The notes: generated from the sequence alone by a model not told the origin. Positions 44,460 to 54,334 are shown, counted from the stretch's first letter. The stretch is 63,631 nt of DNA from an uncultured virus (IMG/VR IMGVR_UViG_3300020367_000003) (IMGVR_UViG_3300020367_000003); one strand, 5' to 3'. Translations and numbers: made by a program.

Positions 44460-45064
44460 GCCTGATGATGTAATGCTCTAATGTTCATTGACATGACATA
44501 TCTGTCATGCTCACTACTATTTACCTCAGTTTTATGTGTCAACCAACCAGGAAAGAATAATATATCTCCTGATTCTACATCAACTGCTTCCCAATCGAAA
44601 CCTTTATCGTGGTATCCATATATTAGGGGTTCATTATACTTATAAACTCCCAGTGGGTCTTTGATCAATAGTCTACCACTATTCTCTGGTACATGCAAGT
44701 ATGCTGCTACTGCCACTGCTACATGTTGATGATGATGCTCTTTAGTCCATGCACCCTTAGGATGTACATTTATCCATGATTGCATCAAGTCTCTAGGCAT
44801 AGGGTGATACTTCCATAGATTCCATAAGTCATCAACACACTTGAACACATATTCATTGAAGTCCTGGAATATATCCCAGTTATGTGGTGGGTCATTAAAA
44901 CATTGCACAACAGTAGTCACACCACCATCCATCTCAGGAGTTTCATCCATTGGATTCTCCCTAGCATAATTTACATACTCATCAACCCTATCCTTAATGG
45001 TATCAAATTTAAAATCATAATTACCCTTATACAAATAAGGATGAACATTAACAGGGGAGATCAT
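44456..45064 (-). CDS. Putative 2OG-Fe(II) oxygenase (TIGR02466-like)
   Basis: SWIN..EHHH..FFPGWLTHKT..RYVMSMN. Confidence 0.85.
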   Translation of the reverse strand: MISPVNVHPYLYKGNYDFKFDTIKDRVDEYVNYARENPMDETPEMDGGVTTVVQCFNDPPHNWDIFQDFNEYVFKCVDDLWNLWKYHPMPRDLMQSWINVHPKGAWTKEHHHQHVAVAVAAYLHVPENSGRLLIKDPLGVYKYNEPLIYGYHDKGFDWEAVDVESGDILFFPGWLTHKTEVNSSEHDRYVMSMNIRALHHQA

Positions 45065-45770
45065 AATAATTTCTATCTACTGGTTGTGCACTGCACAAAT
45101 GTTGTAATGGTATGCTGAGAGATAATCTCTTTGCTTTAGGGAACGCACGATGATATGTCCTTGCAGGTATGTATAATATATCTCCTGGTTGCATCACATG
45201 ATCAATTGCTATTGTCAGTTTAGATGGGTCAACACCCTGTCCTAAATTATCAGCAACAGAAGTATAATCTAACTGTGGTATTAAATGTGATGCACGGTTC
45301 TCATATACTTCCCAGTGTGTCTCTCCTTCTACTTGTATGATTAAATTATTAGCATAATCCTCATGTATATTAAATGATCTAGTATCACCTAGACCACAAA
45401 ATATATGCATTGATGCTTGCACATTAAATATATCTTCTATCTGTTTTAATATGTACTGCTTGCTGTGATGTATATACTCAAACTTCTCTATTATACATGT
45501 GTGACCATCAGCAAATATATTCATCAGTTCTCTGACCTCTGGTTGGTCATGTGCATCCCATGCTCTCTTAAACTTAGGATACTCAATAAACTGATTAATA
45601 TGTTTATTAATAAACTTGATGTTAAACTGATTAGGATTATTTAAACAGTATTCTATATCCTTCCACGTTACCAAACCATGTGGATCCACCCCACTCTTGA
45701 ATAAATGTGGTGTGTCATCATATTCCCAATCTTTAGTTTTAAGGGTTTCTATCAGGGTTAAAGAGGTCAC
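45048..45770 (-). CDS. JmjC/cupin-4 (ROXA/NO66-like) oxygenase
   Basis: SFNIHED..IIQVEGETHW..PGDILYIPARTYHRA..RLSLS. Confidence 0.85.
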   Translation of the reverse strand: MTSLTLIETLKTKDWEYDDTPHLFKSGVDPHGLVTWKDIEYCLNNPNQFNIKFINKHINQFIEYPKFKRAWDAHDQPEVRELMNIFADGHTCIIEKFEYIHHSKQYILKQIEDIFNVQASMHIFCGLGDTRSFNIHEDYANNLIIQVEGETHWEVYENRASHLIPQLDYTSVADNLGQGVDPSKLTIAIDHVMQPGDILYIPARTYHRAFPKAKRLSLSIPLQHLCSAQPVDRNYYDLPC

Positions 45771-46401
45771 GAGGTGTAGTCCAATTAAGATTTAATGTTA
45801 TTCTATATTTCTCCTTACCAGTAGGTGTGGATGATGCATGGAACTGGTGTCCATTAAATATATGCAACATATTTGGTTCAGGATATACTCTGTCTGCTAC
45901 TGTCCATTTCTTATTTGTCATTGCAAACATCCATCTCTCATCTATTGTACCACGACTCTCTTCATCCATCTCATTAAAGAAAACTGTTGGTGCGTTACTC
46001 TCGTGAAAATAATATAATGCTGCATAATGATCCTTTTCACTATCTGTGTGTGGTGCATTATGTCCTGTCTTACCATTATTTAATAGTAGAGATAATCTAA
46101 CACGTAACCAATCAATTTGATAATCAAATTGATCTTCTACACTATCAAGTAATGGTTGAAACTGTGGTAACCATGGTGACTCAACATTATTCTGGTCTAA
46201 CAATACATGTGTGAATCCTACTGTCTGTTCCTTATCAGGTATCTCCAATAATCGTACATCACCAAACTCGTACCCTTGAGTACTATAACTGACATCATCA
46301 CTTAAAAAATACCATGGGAATCCATTCATCCCCGATACTAATTTACATAAGCGAGAGTGGTAATGTTTGCCTAGTAGGTTCTTGACTTGGATAGATTCCA
46401 T
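45739..46401 (-). CDS. 2OG-Fe(II) oxygenase-like protein
   Basis: PHTD..ALYY..IFNGHQFHASSTP..RITLNLN. Confidence 0.8.
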   Translation of the reverse strand: MESIQVKNLLGKHYHSRLCKLVSGMNGFPWYFLSDDVSYSTQGYEFGDVRLLEIPDKEQTVGFTHVLLDQNNVESPWLPQFQPLLDSVEDQFDYQIDWLRVRLSLLLNNGKTGHNAPHTDSEKDHYAALYYFHESNAPTVFFNEMDEESRGTIDERWMFAMTNKKWTVADRVYPEPNMLHIFNGHQFHASSTPTGKEKYRITLNLNWTTPRDLFNPDRNP

Positions 46402-47029
46402 TTTTCACATAATGTTCAGAGTATACATTAAAATTAAATGATAATGATATTCTATCATCATCACTAGCACTTCTATCAACTGAGTGCATTAACCAAGCAG
46501 GGAACAATAATGCTTTATTCTCCTCTGGTGTTACATATCTCTCTATATTATTATATTCTCTCTCATAATGGTCAAAGTTCTCTGAGCATCCCCATGCTTC
46601 TTTTAAGCATTGGTCTTTCATATCTCTAACAAACTTTAATTCACCACTACAACATGGTGGTACTTTAACATAGAATACACCTGATAATTGACAACCAGGA
46701 TGTGTATGTAAATGATTGAAATTTCCTTTCTGATTTATATTAATCCAGAGGTTAGTCATCTTGAGTCTATACTTTTGATATCCCCAATCATCACATGCAG
46801 AATATGCGATAGTTGTTAGATACTCATAGACATCATGTAATGGCATATGCTTCTGCTCCATAACCTGTGGTACGAAGTCCCAAGATTGCCATCCACCATC
46901 ATTTGATGCTGTTCTTCCTCTTTCATCTTCATCCTTCACCTGTTGGCAAAATTGGGCAAGATTGTTTAAATCTATACCACAATCATCAAATGTCCATAAT
47001 GGTGTAGGAAATAATAAATCAACCTTCAT
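46343..47029 (-). CDS. Putative 2OG-Fe(II) oxygenase (TIGR02466-like)
   Basis: LFPTP, SNDGGWQS, WININ..HTHPGCQLSGVFYV, FPAWLMHSV, RISLSFN. Confidence 0.9.
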   Translation of the reverse strand: MKVDLLFPTPLWTFDDCGIDLNNLAQFCQQVKDEDERGRTASNDGGWQSWDFVPQVMEQKHMPLHDVYEYLTTIAYSACDDWGYQKYRLKMTNLWININQKGNFNHLHTHPGCQLSGVFYVKVPPCCSGELKFVRDMKDQCLKEAWGCSENFDHYEREYNNIERYVTPEENKALLFPAWLMHSVDRSASDDDRISLSFNFNVYSEHYVKNGIYPSQEPTRQTLPLSLM

Positions 47030-47417
47030 CCTTAATATCGTCCTCTTTTATCTCAGGTTCTACTGAGTCATTTGAGAATACGAAATCTCTATCAGTGCAA
47101 TTAGGATCTACATGCTTCTTATATAATGCTAGTGCTTCAACTGCTCCAGATAATTTATTAAGAGTATCTTTTTTAGTCTGCAATTCTTCAAGTGATATCT
47201 TAGTGATAGTACTTGTATAATGCATATTATCTAGTGCCTGTTGGAGTTTCTTATACTCTTCCAGAGCATTATGATGCTGTTGTAAGAAGTTCATTACCAA
47301 CTGGTCAAATGTTATAAGACCTTCGATAACACCTGTACTTTCTAATTTCTGCTCTTCGGTCTGTACTCCTGCTCTCTCGGCAAGATTAACCTCCATCACA
47401 TCTTGTTCTTCTGCCAT
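47019..47417 (-). CDS. Hypothetical coiled-coil protein
   Basis: 132 aa ORF overlapping both neighbours. Confidence 0.7.
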   Translation of the reverse strand: MAEEQDVMEVNLAERAGVQTEEQKLESTGVIEGLITFDQLVMNFLQQHHNALEEYKKLQQALDNMHYTSTITKISLEELQTKKDTLNKLSGAVEALALYKKHVDPNCTDRDFVFSNDSVEPEIKEDDIKDEG

Positions 47418-48346
47418 TAGTTAAACCTCTCTTTGTTTTTATTTAGACTGACTACGTTTCTATTTAATTCTATCCTCTCTTTGAGAGTAGTAGTTTCTGC
47501 AAAATGCTGGAACCTATTATAGTCCATAATAGCATTATTTGCAATATCCTCTTCATTAGCATCCTCTTGTATTACATTCCAATTTTTCATATCGAATGTT
47601 TTTCTATCAAGTGGTACCCATTGTACTAATGGAGTACCTGCCTTAACCAATACTACTTCACTGTCTTCCTCACCCCTAGGTAATTGATGCCAGAATAATT
47701 GTAGATTGATTTCATAACTGAATGCAGGATCCACTATACCAGTTGGTACGGTGAACCTTGGTTCATCATAATATGGTATAGGCATTTGCATGAATAATAC
47801 ATCAGGGTGTGCCATAACCCTCCAAGGCATTTCTAATTTAATAACACTTGGTAGAGTCTCACCCTTCCATGGTGCTAATAAATCTCTCATACCCTCTGTT
47901 TGTTCCGCTACATGTGATTTAACATAGTCATCACTTGTATTGAAATTCATTTGTGATAACCATCCGAAACTTGGGTTACCCTTATCAAATTTCAATAGTA
48001 TATCAGCAGGTGCTACCATCACCCATCCAGTATCCATTACCTGTGCAATAGCAGGACATGTTACTGCATGTGAGAATAATCCAGAGATACTATCTGGATC
48101 AATTTCTCTCTCTGCACCACCCTTCATTCTATAGTCATTATATGTGCCAAACATCTTAAACCATTTCTTTGCAGGACACCTAGACTCTTCATACTTTGCC
48201 TGTCTAATATGTGCATCCTTTCTCCATTTCCTTTTAAGTTTAGATGCAGATATCCATGGATTTATTTCTGATACACCTGGATGTATAGAATAGAATCTTA
48301 CCCACCTCTTAAATGGTTCCTCTTTCTTTTTAAATAAATTAAACAT
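47417..48346 (-). CDS. DUF6065-like hypothetical protein
   Basis: TCPAI..MDTGW, KLEMPW, GIVD, VKAGTPLVQWVP. Confidence 0.6.
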   Translation of the reverse strand: MFNLFKKKEEPFKRWVRFYSIHPGVSEINPWISASKLKRKWRKDAHIRQAKYEESRCPAKKWFKMFGTYNDYRMKGGAEREIDPDSISGLFSHAVTCPAIAQVMDTGWVMVAPADILLKFDKGNPSFGWLSQMNFNTSDDYVKSHVAEQTEGMRDLLAPWKGETLPSVIKLEMPWRVMAHPDVLFMQMPIPYYDEPRFTVPTGIVDPAFSYEINLQLFWHQLPRGEEDSEVVLVKAGTPLVQWVPLDRKTFDMKNWNVIQEDANEEDIANNAIMDYNRFQHFAETTTLKERIELNRNVVSLNKNKERFN

Positions 48347-49913
48347 GGATATTATCCTTCAAATATTGGTAATGAGATGGTTGCTTTTTGAACCACTCAA
48401 TAGTTTCTTTTTTATGAATTTGATATTCTTTGTGTATGTCTCTTATATATTCTTTCTTCTCAGGTGTGACTGAATTTTTCTCATCATACATTGCTTTACT
48501 AATAGGAGATATATCTTGACCTGCTCCAATATAAATCAGACCATCCAATCTCTTCTGTGAATAGAATCTATTATTTAATCCATCTAATAATGCATAATAA
48601 TCTGTTAATGCATCCATACTAGCAAAATTACCATGTAACATGGTACCCTTCACACCTGGGTATTCAATAGTATTTGTACAATCAGACCAATAATCATTAT
48701 CCTCTCTTGCTGACAAACTATAATGCATAGATATGAATATCTTCATGCTCTCGTATGTCTTTTGTGCTGAGAAATTATATACACTCCTTGAATGCTCCGT
48801 GATGATACCGTTACGCTGTGATAACAAATCAGATAAGAATATAGCATTCTCATGTGTAGTCATCAGACCAGTAGATTCTAATGGTTCTAAGAATCCATAT
48901 GCTAATCCAATACCAACAACATTCTTAATCCATCCCACCTCATGCACACCATGTTTAATTTTGATGGGCATTAATGAGCAATCTTTAGCAGATTCTGGTA
49001 GATAATTTCTAAACTCTTCCTCTGCATCCTCGTCACTAATATAGTCACTGGAATATACATATCCAGTTCCGATATTGCTCCATAATGGTATATTATACAC
49101 CCATCCGTTAGATAATGCAACACAATCGGTATAAGGTACCATCTGTGTCTCTTTATCATCATAGTCAATATGTGTTGCCAATGCTCTATCATTAAACAAC
49201 ATATCCTTACATGAGTTAAACTTAACACCCATGTGTTGTTCTAATAATAATGATTTAAATCCTGTGCAATCTACAAATAGGTCAGCACTAATAGTATTAC
49301 CCTCATCAGTAATAATACTATGAATACTACCATCAGGTGTCTTAATTACATTCTCTACCTTAGCAAGTATATGATGTACAGATGATGCTTTATTCTTTAG
49401 AAACTCACCAAACTTATTAGCATCTAAATGATATGCTGTATGTACCTTAAATCTAAAATTAGAGTCAGGTATCTCTTCCACCATCTTATTATATTCTGCT
49501 AAGTATGTAACCTTATTAGCATATCTTGCAAACTCTTCTGGTGGATATACATCCTTACCTATTTCATTCTGCAACTCAAAGAAATTAGATATAGCATCCA
49601 TCTGGTCTGGATCCCACTCAAATCTACCAAATGGATATTGGAACCTCTCACCCTTACCCTCTCTAAAATTCTTGAATCCAATAGATGATTTATATGTTGC
49701 ATCACAAAATGGCATCCAATCTTTATCTTCTAGTCCTAGTCTAATAAGAAACCTATTGAAATGTCCTAGTGTAGATTCACCCACACCTATGGTAGGTATA
49801 TTTGGATCCTCTATCAGTGCTATTTCTATTTCTGGATGCTCTTTAGATAACAATGCTGCTGTCATCCATCCTGAGGATCCACCTCCTACAATACAAATAG
49901 ATTCAACTTGCAT
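48339..49913 (-). CDS. prnA: Flavin-dependent (tryptophan-type) halogenase, 524 aa
   Basis: GGGSSG, IGVGEST, DATYK, DCTGF, GWVYNIP, FLEPLESTG; start MQVES at 49913 with AAGGAG RBS. Confidence 0.9.
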   Translation of the reverse strand: MQVESICIVGGGSSGWMTAALLSKEHPEIEIALIEDPNIPTIGVGESTLGHFNRFLIRLGLEDKDWMPFCDATYKSSIGFKNFREGKGERFQYPFGRFEWDPDQMDAISNFFELQNEIGKDVYPPEEFARYANKVTYLAEYNKMVEEIPDSNFRFKVHTAYHLDANKFGEFLKNKASSVHHILAKVENVIKTPDGSIHSIITDEGNTISADLFVDCTGFKSLLLEQHMGVKFNSCKDMLFNDRALATHIDYDDKETQMVPYTDCVALSNGWVYNIPLWSNIGTGYVYSSDYISDEDAEEEFRNYLPESAKDCSLMPIKIKHGVHEVGWIKNVVGIGLAYGFLEPLESTGLMTTHENAIFLSDLLSQRNGIITEHSRSVYNFSAQKTYESMKIFISMHYSLSAREDNDYWSDCTNTIEYPGVKGTMLHGNFASMDALTDYYALLDGLNNRFYSQKRLDGLIYIGAGQDISPISKAMYDEKNSVTPEKKEYIRDIHKEYQIHKKETIEWFKKQPSHYQYLKDNIHV

Positions 49914-51363
49914 ATATTTTCTCCTTATAATAATCCATAGGTAATGGCATCTTATCAAATTCCTCTTCATTCCATTGGATATCCTCTGGAATATCTGGCA
50001 TATCACTAAACAATCTCATCTCATGTTCAATTGGTGATGTAAATGGATTCCAGTTGTGACCTGCAATAACATAGAATAATCCCTCGTTACTAAAATTTTC
50101 ATAGGATAATTTTTTATGGAAATTGGAACTGCTTTCCATATGTAGTATCTGTGCTGCCTGTACAGCAGAATCATATGGATATTTAATATTTTGAATATGC
50201 TTCCAATATGGTGAATCATTACGTTGAGTAAGAGCATAATGCATAGCAACAAATGATGCAAACGAATCAAATGTATGATTACAATGGTTATTAAATGTAT
50301 CTCTAGTGAATTGAGTTACTACCTTACCCCTATAACATCTGATGAAATTAAGTAAGAAGTTATGCACAGATAATAATCCATTAGATTCTAATGGTTCTAT
50401 AAATCCTGCTGATAGTCCAATAGAAACTACATTGCCTTTCCATATCTCCTCTCTTCTACCAGTTTTAAATTTAATAAGACGGAACATCTTATCAGTATAT
50501 AATGCAGCATCACTCTGCACATTCTTTGCTAGATGTTTCCTAAACTCTTTTCGGGCATTCTCTGGCGAAATGAATTTATCACAAAATACATATCCTGTAC
50601 CTATAGTCTCATAGGTTGGTACATTCCATACCCACCCACTACTTAATGCTGTGCAATCAGTACATGGTTTGATTTGTGTATCCTTATCATCATAATGCAC
50701 ACGTGTTACCCATGCACTATTATTTGGTAACCAATCTTCAAATGATATCCACTTAGACTTATTAAATTTAGATGCAAACCCTGTGCAATCAAATACTAAG
50801 TCTGCCTTCGGTTTCTTCTTTATATCTTTAATTACATGCTTAACACCTTTAGGTAAGCAATAGTTATCTCTTAACCATATAGCAAACTTACTAGCATTAA
50901 AATGAAAACCTGCTGATTTCTGCAAATCATAATACTCATTTGCATACTCACCAACAGGTAGTTTATTTCTTATAGCACATTGTGCTGCTAGGTTGTAGTC
51001 CTCCGCTAGTCTGGATCCTGGAAATCCTTCTTGAGATTGTTTATAAAACCAATAGTCAGGAGTATATGTATCTGCTCTTGGGATGCCAAATGGATATTGC
51101 CATGGTGAATCATCTACATCATGGAATCCATGGAACATTACTGATACTTTATAGGTAGCATCACATGCTGCCATCCACTCTTCATCCTTGAGTCCAAGGA
51201 ACTTTAACCATACTCTAAAGAATTGAGTTGTTGACTCTCCAACGCCAATAGGCGGTACCTTATCACTCTCATAGAGTGTAAGATCCGCCTGTGGAAATTG
51301 TCTTATTAAAGTAGCAGCAGTCATCCATCCTGCGGTACCGCCACCAACAATCGCAAACTTCAT
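49903..51363 (-). CDS. prnA: Flavin-dependent (tryptophan-type) halogenase, 486 aa
   Basis: GGGTAG, IGVGEST, DATYK, DCTGF, GWVWNVP, FIEPLESNG. Confidence 0.9.
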   Translation of the reverse strand: MKFAIVGGGTAGWMTAATLIRQFPQADLTLYESDKVPPIGVGESTTQFFRVWLKFLGLKDEEWMAACDATYKVSVMFHGFHDVDDSPWQYPFGIPRADTYTPDYWFYKQSQEGFPGSRLAEDYNLAAQCAIRNKLPVGEYANEYYDLQKSAGFHFNASKFAIWLRDNYCLPKGVKHVIKDIKKKPKADLVFDCTGFASKFNKSKWISFEDWLPNNSAWVTRVHYDDKDTQIKPCTDCTALSSGWVWNVPTYETIGTGYVFCDKFISPENARKEFRKHLAKNVQSDAALYTDKMFRLIKFKTGRREEIWKGNVVSIGLSAGFIEPLESNGLLSVHNFLLNFIRCYRGKVVTQFTRDTFNNHCNHTFDSFASFVAMHYALTQRNDSPYWKHIQNIKYPYDSAVQAAQILHMESSSNFHKKLSYENFSNEGLFYVIAGHNWNPFTSPIEHEMRLFSDMPDIPEDIQWNEEEFDKMPLPMDYYKEKIYAS

Positions 51364-51386
51364 AATAAGAGAATTATCAGTATATT

Positions 51387-51818
51387 CTACCCTGGTGGTA
51401 CCCAGTTGTCAACCCAAGGATCCCATGCTTTGCGTCCTTGTAATTGAATCCTCTTAGGATCGTTTGATTTAGTTTGTGTTACTGTGGATGGTTTAGCAGT
51501 ATTAGTTTTAACATTATTAATGTGTGTTCTCCACTCATTAGTACTGTTTACCTGATCTCGATACATCATATCGAGTTGGTCACCCACTGGACCATATGCT
51601 TCAGTACGATTCAACATTGCTTCTACAACGGAATCTTGATCATCTGCACTATCATATATGGTACCATTCGCCATATAATGTGAGTAAGTTGTGTCATCGG
51701 GTACTTCGACCCATTTCATGTTTGAATCTGCTCCTTCATAGATCTCAAATTTATCTGCTTCATCACAGATATCACTGAGACCACCTGAGGATGCTTCAAC
51801 GATAGCCCATTTAGCCAT
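51387..51818 (-). CDS. Putative tail fibre assembly/chaperone-like protein
   Basis: R.EAYGPVGDQLDMMYRD..WRTHINNVK pattern; next to fibre-tip genes. Confidence 0.5.
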   Translation of the reverse strand: MAKWAIVEASSGGLSDICDEADKFEIYEGADSNMKWVEVPDDTTYSHYMANGTIYDSADDQDSVVEAMLNRTEAYGPVGDQLDMMYRDQVNSTNEWRTHINNVKTNTAKPSTVTQTKSNDPKRIQLQGRKAWDPWVDNWVPPG

Positions 51819-51842
51819 AATAGTTACTTGAAACCTCTGATG

Positions 51843-51849
51843 TATTTAT
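51843..51849 (-). promoter_or_regulatory. Late promoter ATAAATA
   Basis: Just upstream of the gene starting at 51818. Confidence 0.6.
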
Positions 51850-52670
51850 TAACCATAATATTCATATACTACAACCACACCTTCACGTCCTCTTGCTCCT
51901 CTGTTACCAAACATGGAACCCTGACCACCTGCACCCCAAGCACAATGTGATTGGTGTCTGTGTGCGTAGTTAGATTGTTGGTGACTGGATGGTTGTGTAC
52001 CGCCAAAGTATGATGCACCTGCTTGATGCTGACCATAGATTGACCACCAACCCCATCCATTTCCACCACCACCGTAGGTGTTTATATTACCACCAGATCC
52101 ATTTCCTCCAATACCACCTGCATGCTGCTGCCTACAGTTTGCTCCATATCCTCCTGAGGCGGAACAATAACCTCCAAAACTTGTGCCATTTCCGTTACCG
52201 CCACATCCTGCATAGTTTGTACCACCACCTGGGTTACCTACTGAGACTGAAACTGAAGAAACGTTTTGTACATCTATTACTCTTTCACTATGTCCACCTG
52301 CACCACCAGACTCACCGCAACCAGTTCCACCACCACCTGCACCTACAAGTACAACTTTGATAGTTCTGACATCACTGGGTCTATTCCATGTACCATTAGA
52401 AGTCCAAACCTGCATAGATCTGAAACCTGCACCCCCGCCACCACTTTGGAACTCAGTTGACCAAACTAGGTTTGTGCCATCTGTGCTCAAAAATCTTCCT
52501 GACTGACCACTCATACTAGGTATGATATGTGTAGATGACCCTGTTATAGTACCGTTAATGTTTATATCATTAACCTTAAGTGTCCCTGCACACGTGATGT
52601 TACCAGACGATAGGGCAAAACCACCCAGTCCAGTAATGTCAGTAACTTGTGATACCTTAAGAACACTCAT
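51849..52670 (-). CDS. Glycine-rich adhesin-like (gp38-type polyglycine) virion protein, paralog 3
   Basis: WTSNGTWNRP..VGAGGGG..GARGREGVVVVYEYYG. Confidence 0.7.
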   Translation of the reverse strand: MSVLKVSQVTDITGLGGFALSSGNITCAGTLKVNDININGTITGSSTHIIPSMSGQSGRFLSTDGTNLVWSTEFQSGGGGAGFRSMQVWTSNGTWNRPSDVRTIKVVLVGAGGGGTGCGESGGAGGHSERVIDVQNVSSVSVSVGNPGGGTNYAGCGGNGNGTSFGGYCSASGGYGANCRQQHAGGIGGNGSGGNINTYGGGGNGWGWWSIYGQHQAGASYFGGTQPSSHQQSNYAHRHQSHCAWGAGGQGSMFGNRGARGREGVVVVYEYYG

Positions 52671-53476
52671 CCGTAAAACTCCTGAACAATAACGACACCT
52701 TCACGACCTCTAGCACCTCGTGCTCCATGCTGTCCACCATTTCCTCCTGCACCCCAAGCACAGTGAGATTGATGGTTGTGAGCATAATTTCCTTGACCAT
52801 GGGATGAAGGTTGTGATCCTCCCATGAATGATCTACCTGCGGTGACGTTACCGAACGCCCAGTAAGAACCGTGTCCGTTACCTCCACCACCGTATATATT
52901 CAGGTTACCACCTGAACCATTTCCACCGATACCACCTGCATGCTGTTGTCTACAGTTAGCACCATATCCTCCAGAAGCACTGCAATAACTACCGAATGAA
53001 GATGTGTTACCACTTCCTCCACATCCTGAGTAGTTAGAACCACCACCTGGATTACCGATTGATACAGATACTGATGATACGTTAGTTACATCAATAACTC
53101 TTTCTGACATACCACCTGCACCACCTGATTCATTATATCCTGATCCTCCACCACCTGCACCAACTACGGTTACGATGATAGATGTCACATCATTAGGTTT
53201 AGTCCATGTACCATTGGATGTCCATGTCTGCATAGAGCGAATACCAGATGCAGCAGCAACTTCAACCCACTCAAATCCAGAACCATTTGACATCAATGCC
53301 TTACCTGCGTTACCACCTTGATCTGGGACATTATAAGTTGACCCACCCATAATATTACCATTAATAACAATGTTAGATACAGTTAGAGTTGTAGATGCAG
53401 TGATACTACCACCTGCAAGCATGAACCCATTTGCACCTGTTAAATCTTTAATAGCGGATACTCTAAGTTTAGACAT
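52667..53476 (-). CDS. Glycine-rich adhesin-like virion protein, paralog 2
   Basis: Same architecture as its neighbours. Confidence 0.7.
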   Translation of the reverse strand: MSKLRVSAIKDLTGANGFMLAGGSITASTTLTVSNIVINGNIMGGSTYNVPDQGGNAGKALMSNGSGFEWVEVAAASGIRSMQTWTSNGTWTKPNDVTSIIVTVVGAGGGGSGYNESGGAGGMSERVIDVTNVSSVSVSIGNPGGGSNYSGCGGSGNTSSFGSYCSASGGYGANCRQQHAGGIGGNGSGGNLNIYGGGGNGHGSYWAFGNVTAGRSFMGGSQPSSHGQGNYAHNHQSHCAWGAGGNGGQHGARGARGREGVVIVQEFYG

Positions 53477-53495
53477 TGTTTAATTTATCCTGTTG

Positions 53496-53502
53496 TATTT
53501 AT
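53496..53502 (-). promoter_or_regulatory. Late promoter ATAAATA
   Basis: Overlaps the stop of paralog 1, upstream of paralog 2. Confidence 0.55.
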
Positions 53503-54311
53503 CCATAGAACTCATGGACAACCACGACTCCCTCACGACCTCTAGCACCTCTGTTACCATGTCGGGATCCGTTTCCTCCTGCTCCCCATGCACAATGAGA
53601 CTGGTGTCTATGAGCATAGTTTGACTGAGAGTGTGATGATGGTTGTGTGCCACCCCAATAGGATGATGAACCACCATGGTTACCATAGTTATAATAGTGT
53701 CCGTGACCACCGCCACCTCCACCATAGATGTTTAGTGCTCCTCCAGAACCATTTCCTCCGATTCCTCCAGTATACTGTGACCTACAGTTTGCACCGTATC
53801 CACCACTGGCAGAGCAATATCCACCAAAACTTGAACCGTTACCATTACCACCACATCCTGCATAGTTAGTACCACCACCTGGGTTTCCTATTGTTACAGA
53901 TACTGATGATATGTTAGTAACATCTAATTGTCTTACTGCGGTACCTCCTGCACCGCCACCTTCTCCATGACCTGATCCACCGCCACCTGCACCTGTGCAG
54001 AATACACAAATAGTCTTGACGCTAGACTCTGGTTTGTTCCATGTACCATTTCCAGTCCACACTTGCATTGAGCGAACACCAGAAGCAGTTGATAGATTAC
54101 CCCATGTTAGGTTACTACCATTGTTAGAGATATATTCCTCAGCATGACCTGATGGGTTGGGAAGAATGAACGCAGAGGATCCAGCAATCGTACCGTCAAT
54201 CATAATGTTAGTAACATTAAGAGTACCGTTACATGTAATTCCCCCAGATGTAAAAGTGAATCCACCTATACCACCAAGGTCTTTTATTGCTCCGATGTTT
54301 AACTGTGCCAT
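53499..54311 (-). CDS. Glycine-rich adhesin-like virion protein, paralog 1
   Basis: Same architecture as its neighbours. Confidence 0.7.
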   Translation of the reverse strand: MAQLNIGAIKDLGGIGGFTFTSGGITCNGTLNVTNIMIDGTIAGSSAFILPNPSGHAEEYISNNGSNLTWGNLSTASGVRSMQVWTGNGTWNKPESSVKTICVFCTGAGGGGSGHGEGGGAGGTAVRQLDVTNISSVSVTIGNPGGGTNYAGCGGNGNGSSFGGYCSASGGYGANCRSQYTGGIGGNGSGGALNIYGGGGGGHGHYYNYGNHGGSSSYWGGTQPSSHSQSNYAHRHQSHCAWGAGGNGSRHGNRGARGREGVVVVHEFYG

Positions 54312-54334
54312 CTAATCAATAATCTCCAAACTAT

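Noticed and set aside
49914..50006. N-terminal extension of the 555-aa halogenase ORF
   Set aside because: It overlaps the upstream halogenase; the RBS and GxGxxG position support a start at 49913
51849..54311. Diversity-generating retroelement or invertible shufflon
   Set aside because: No reverse transcriptase or recombinase in the window, all copies are intact and co-oriented, and differences are not adenine-specific
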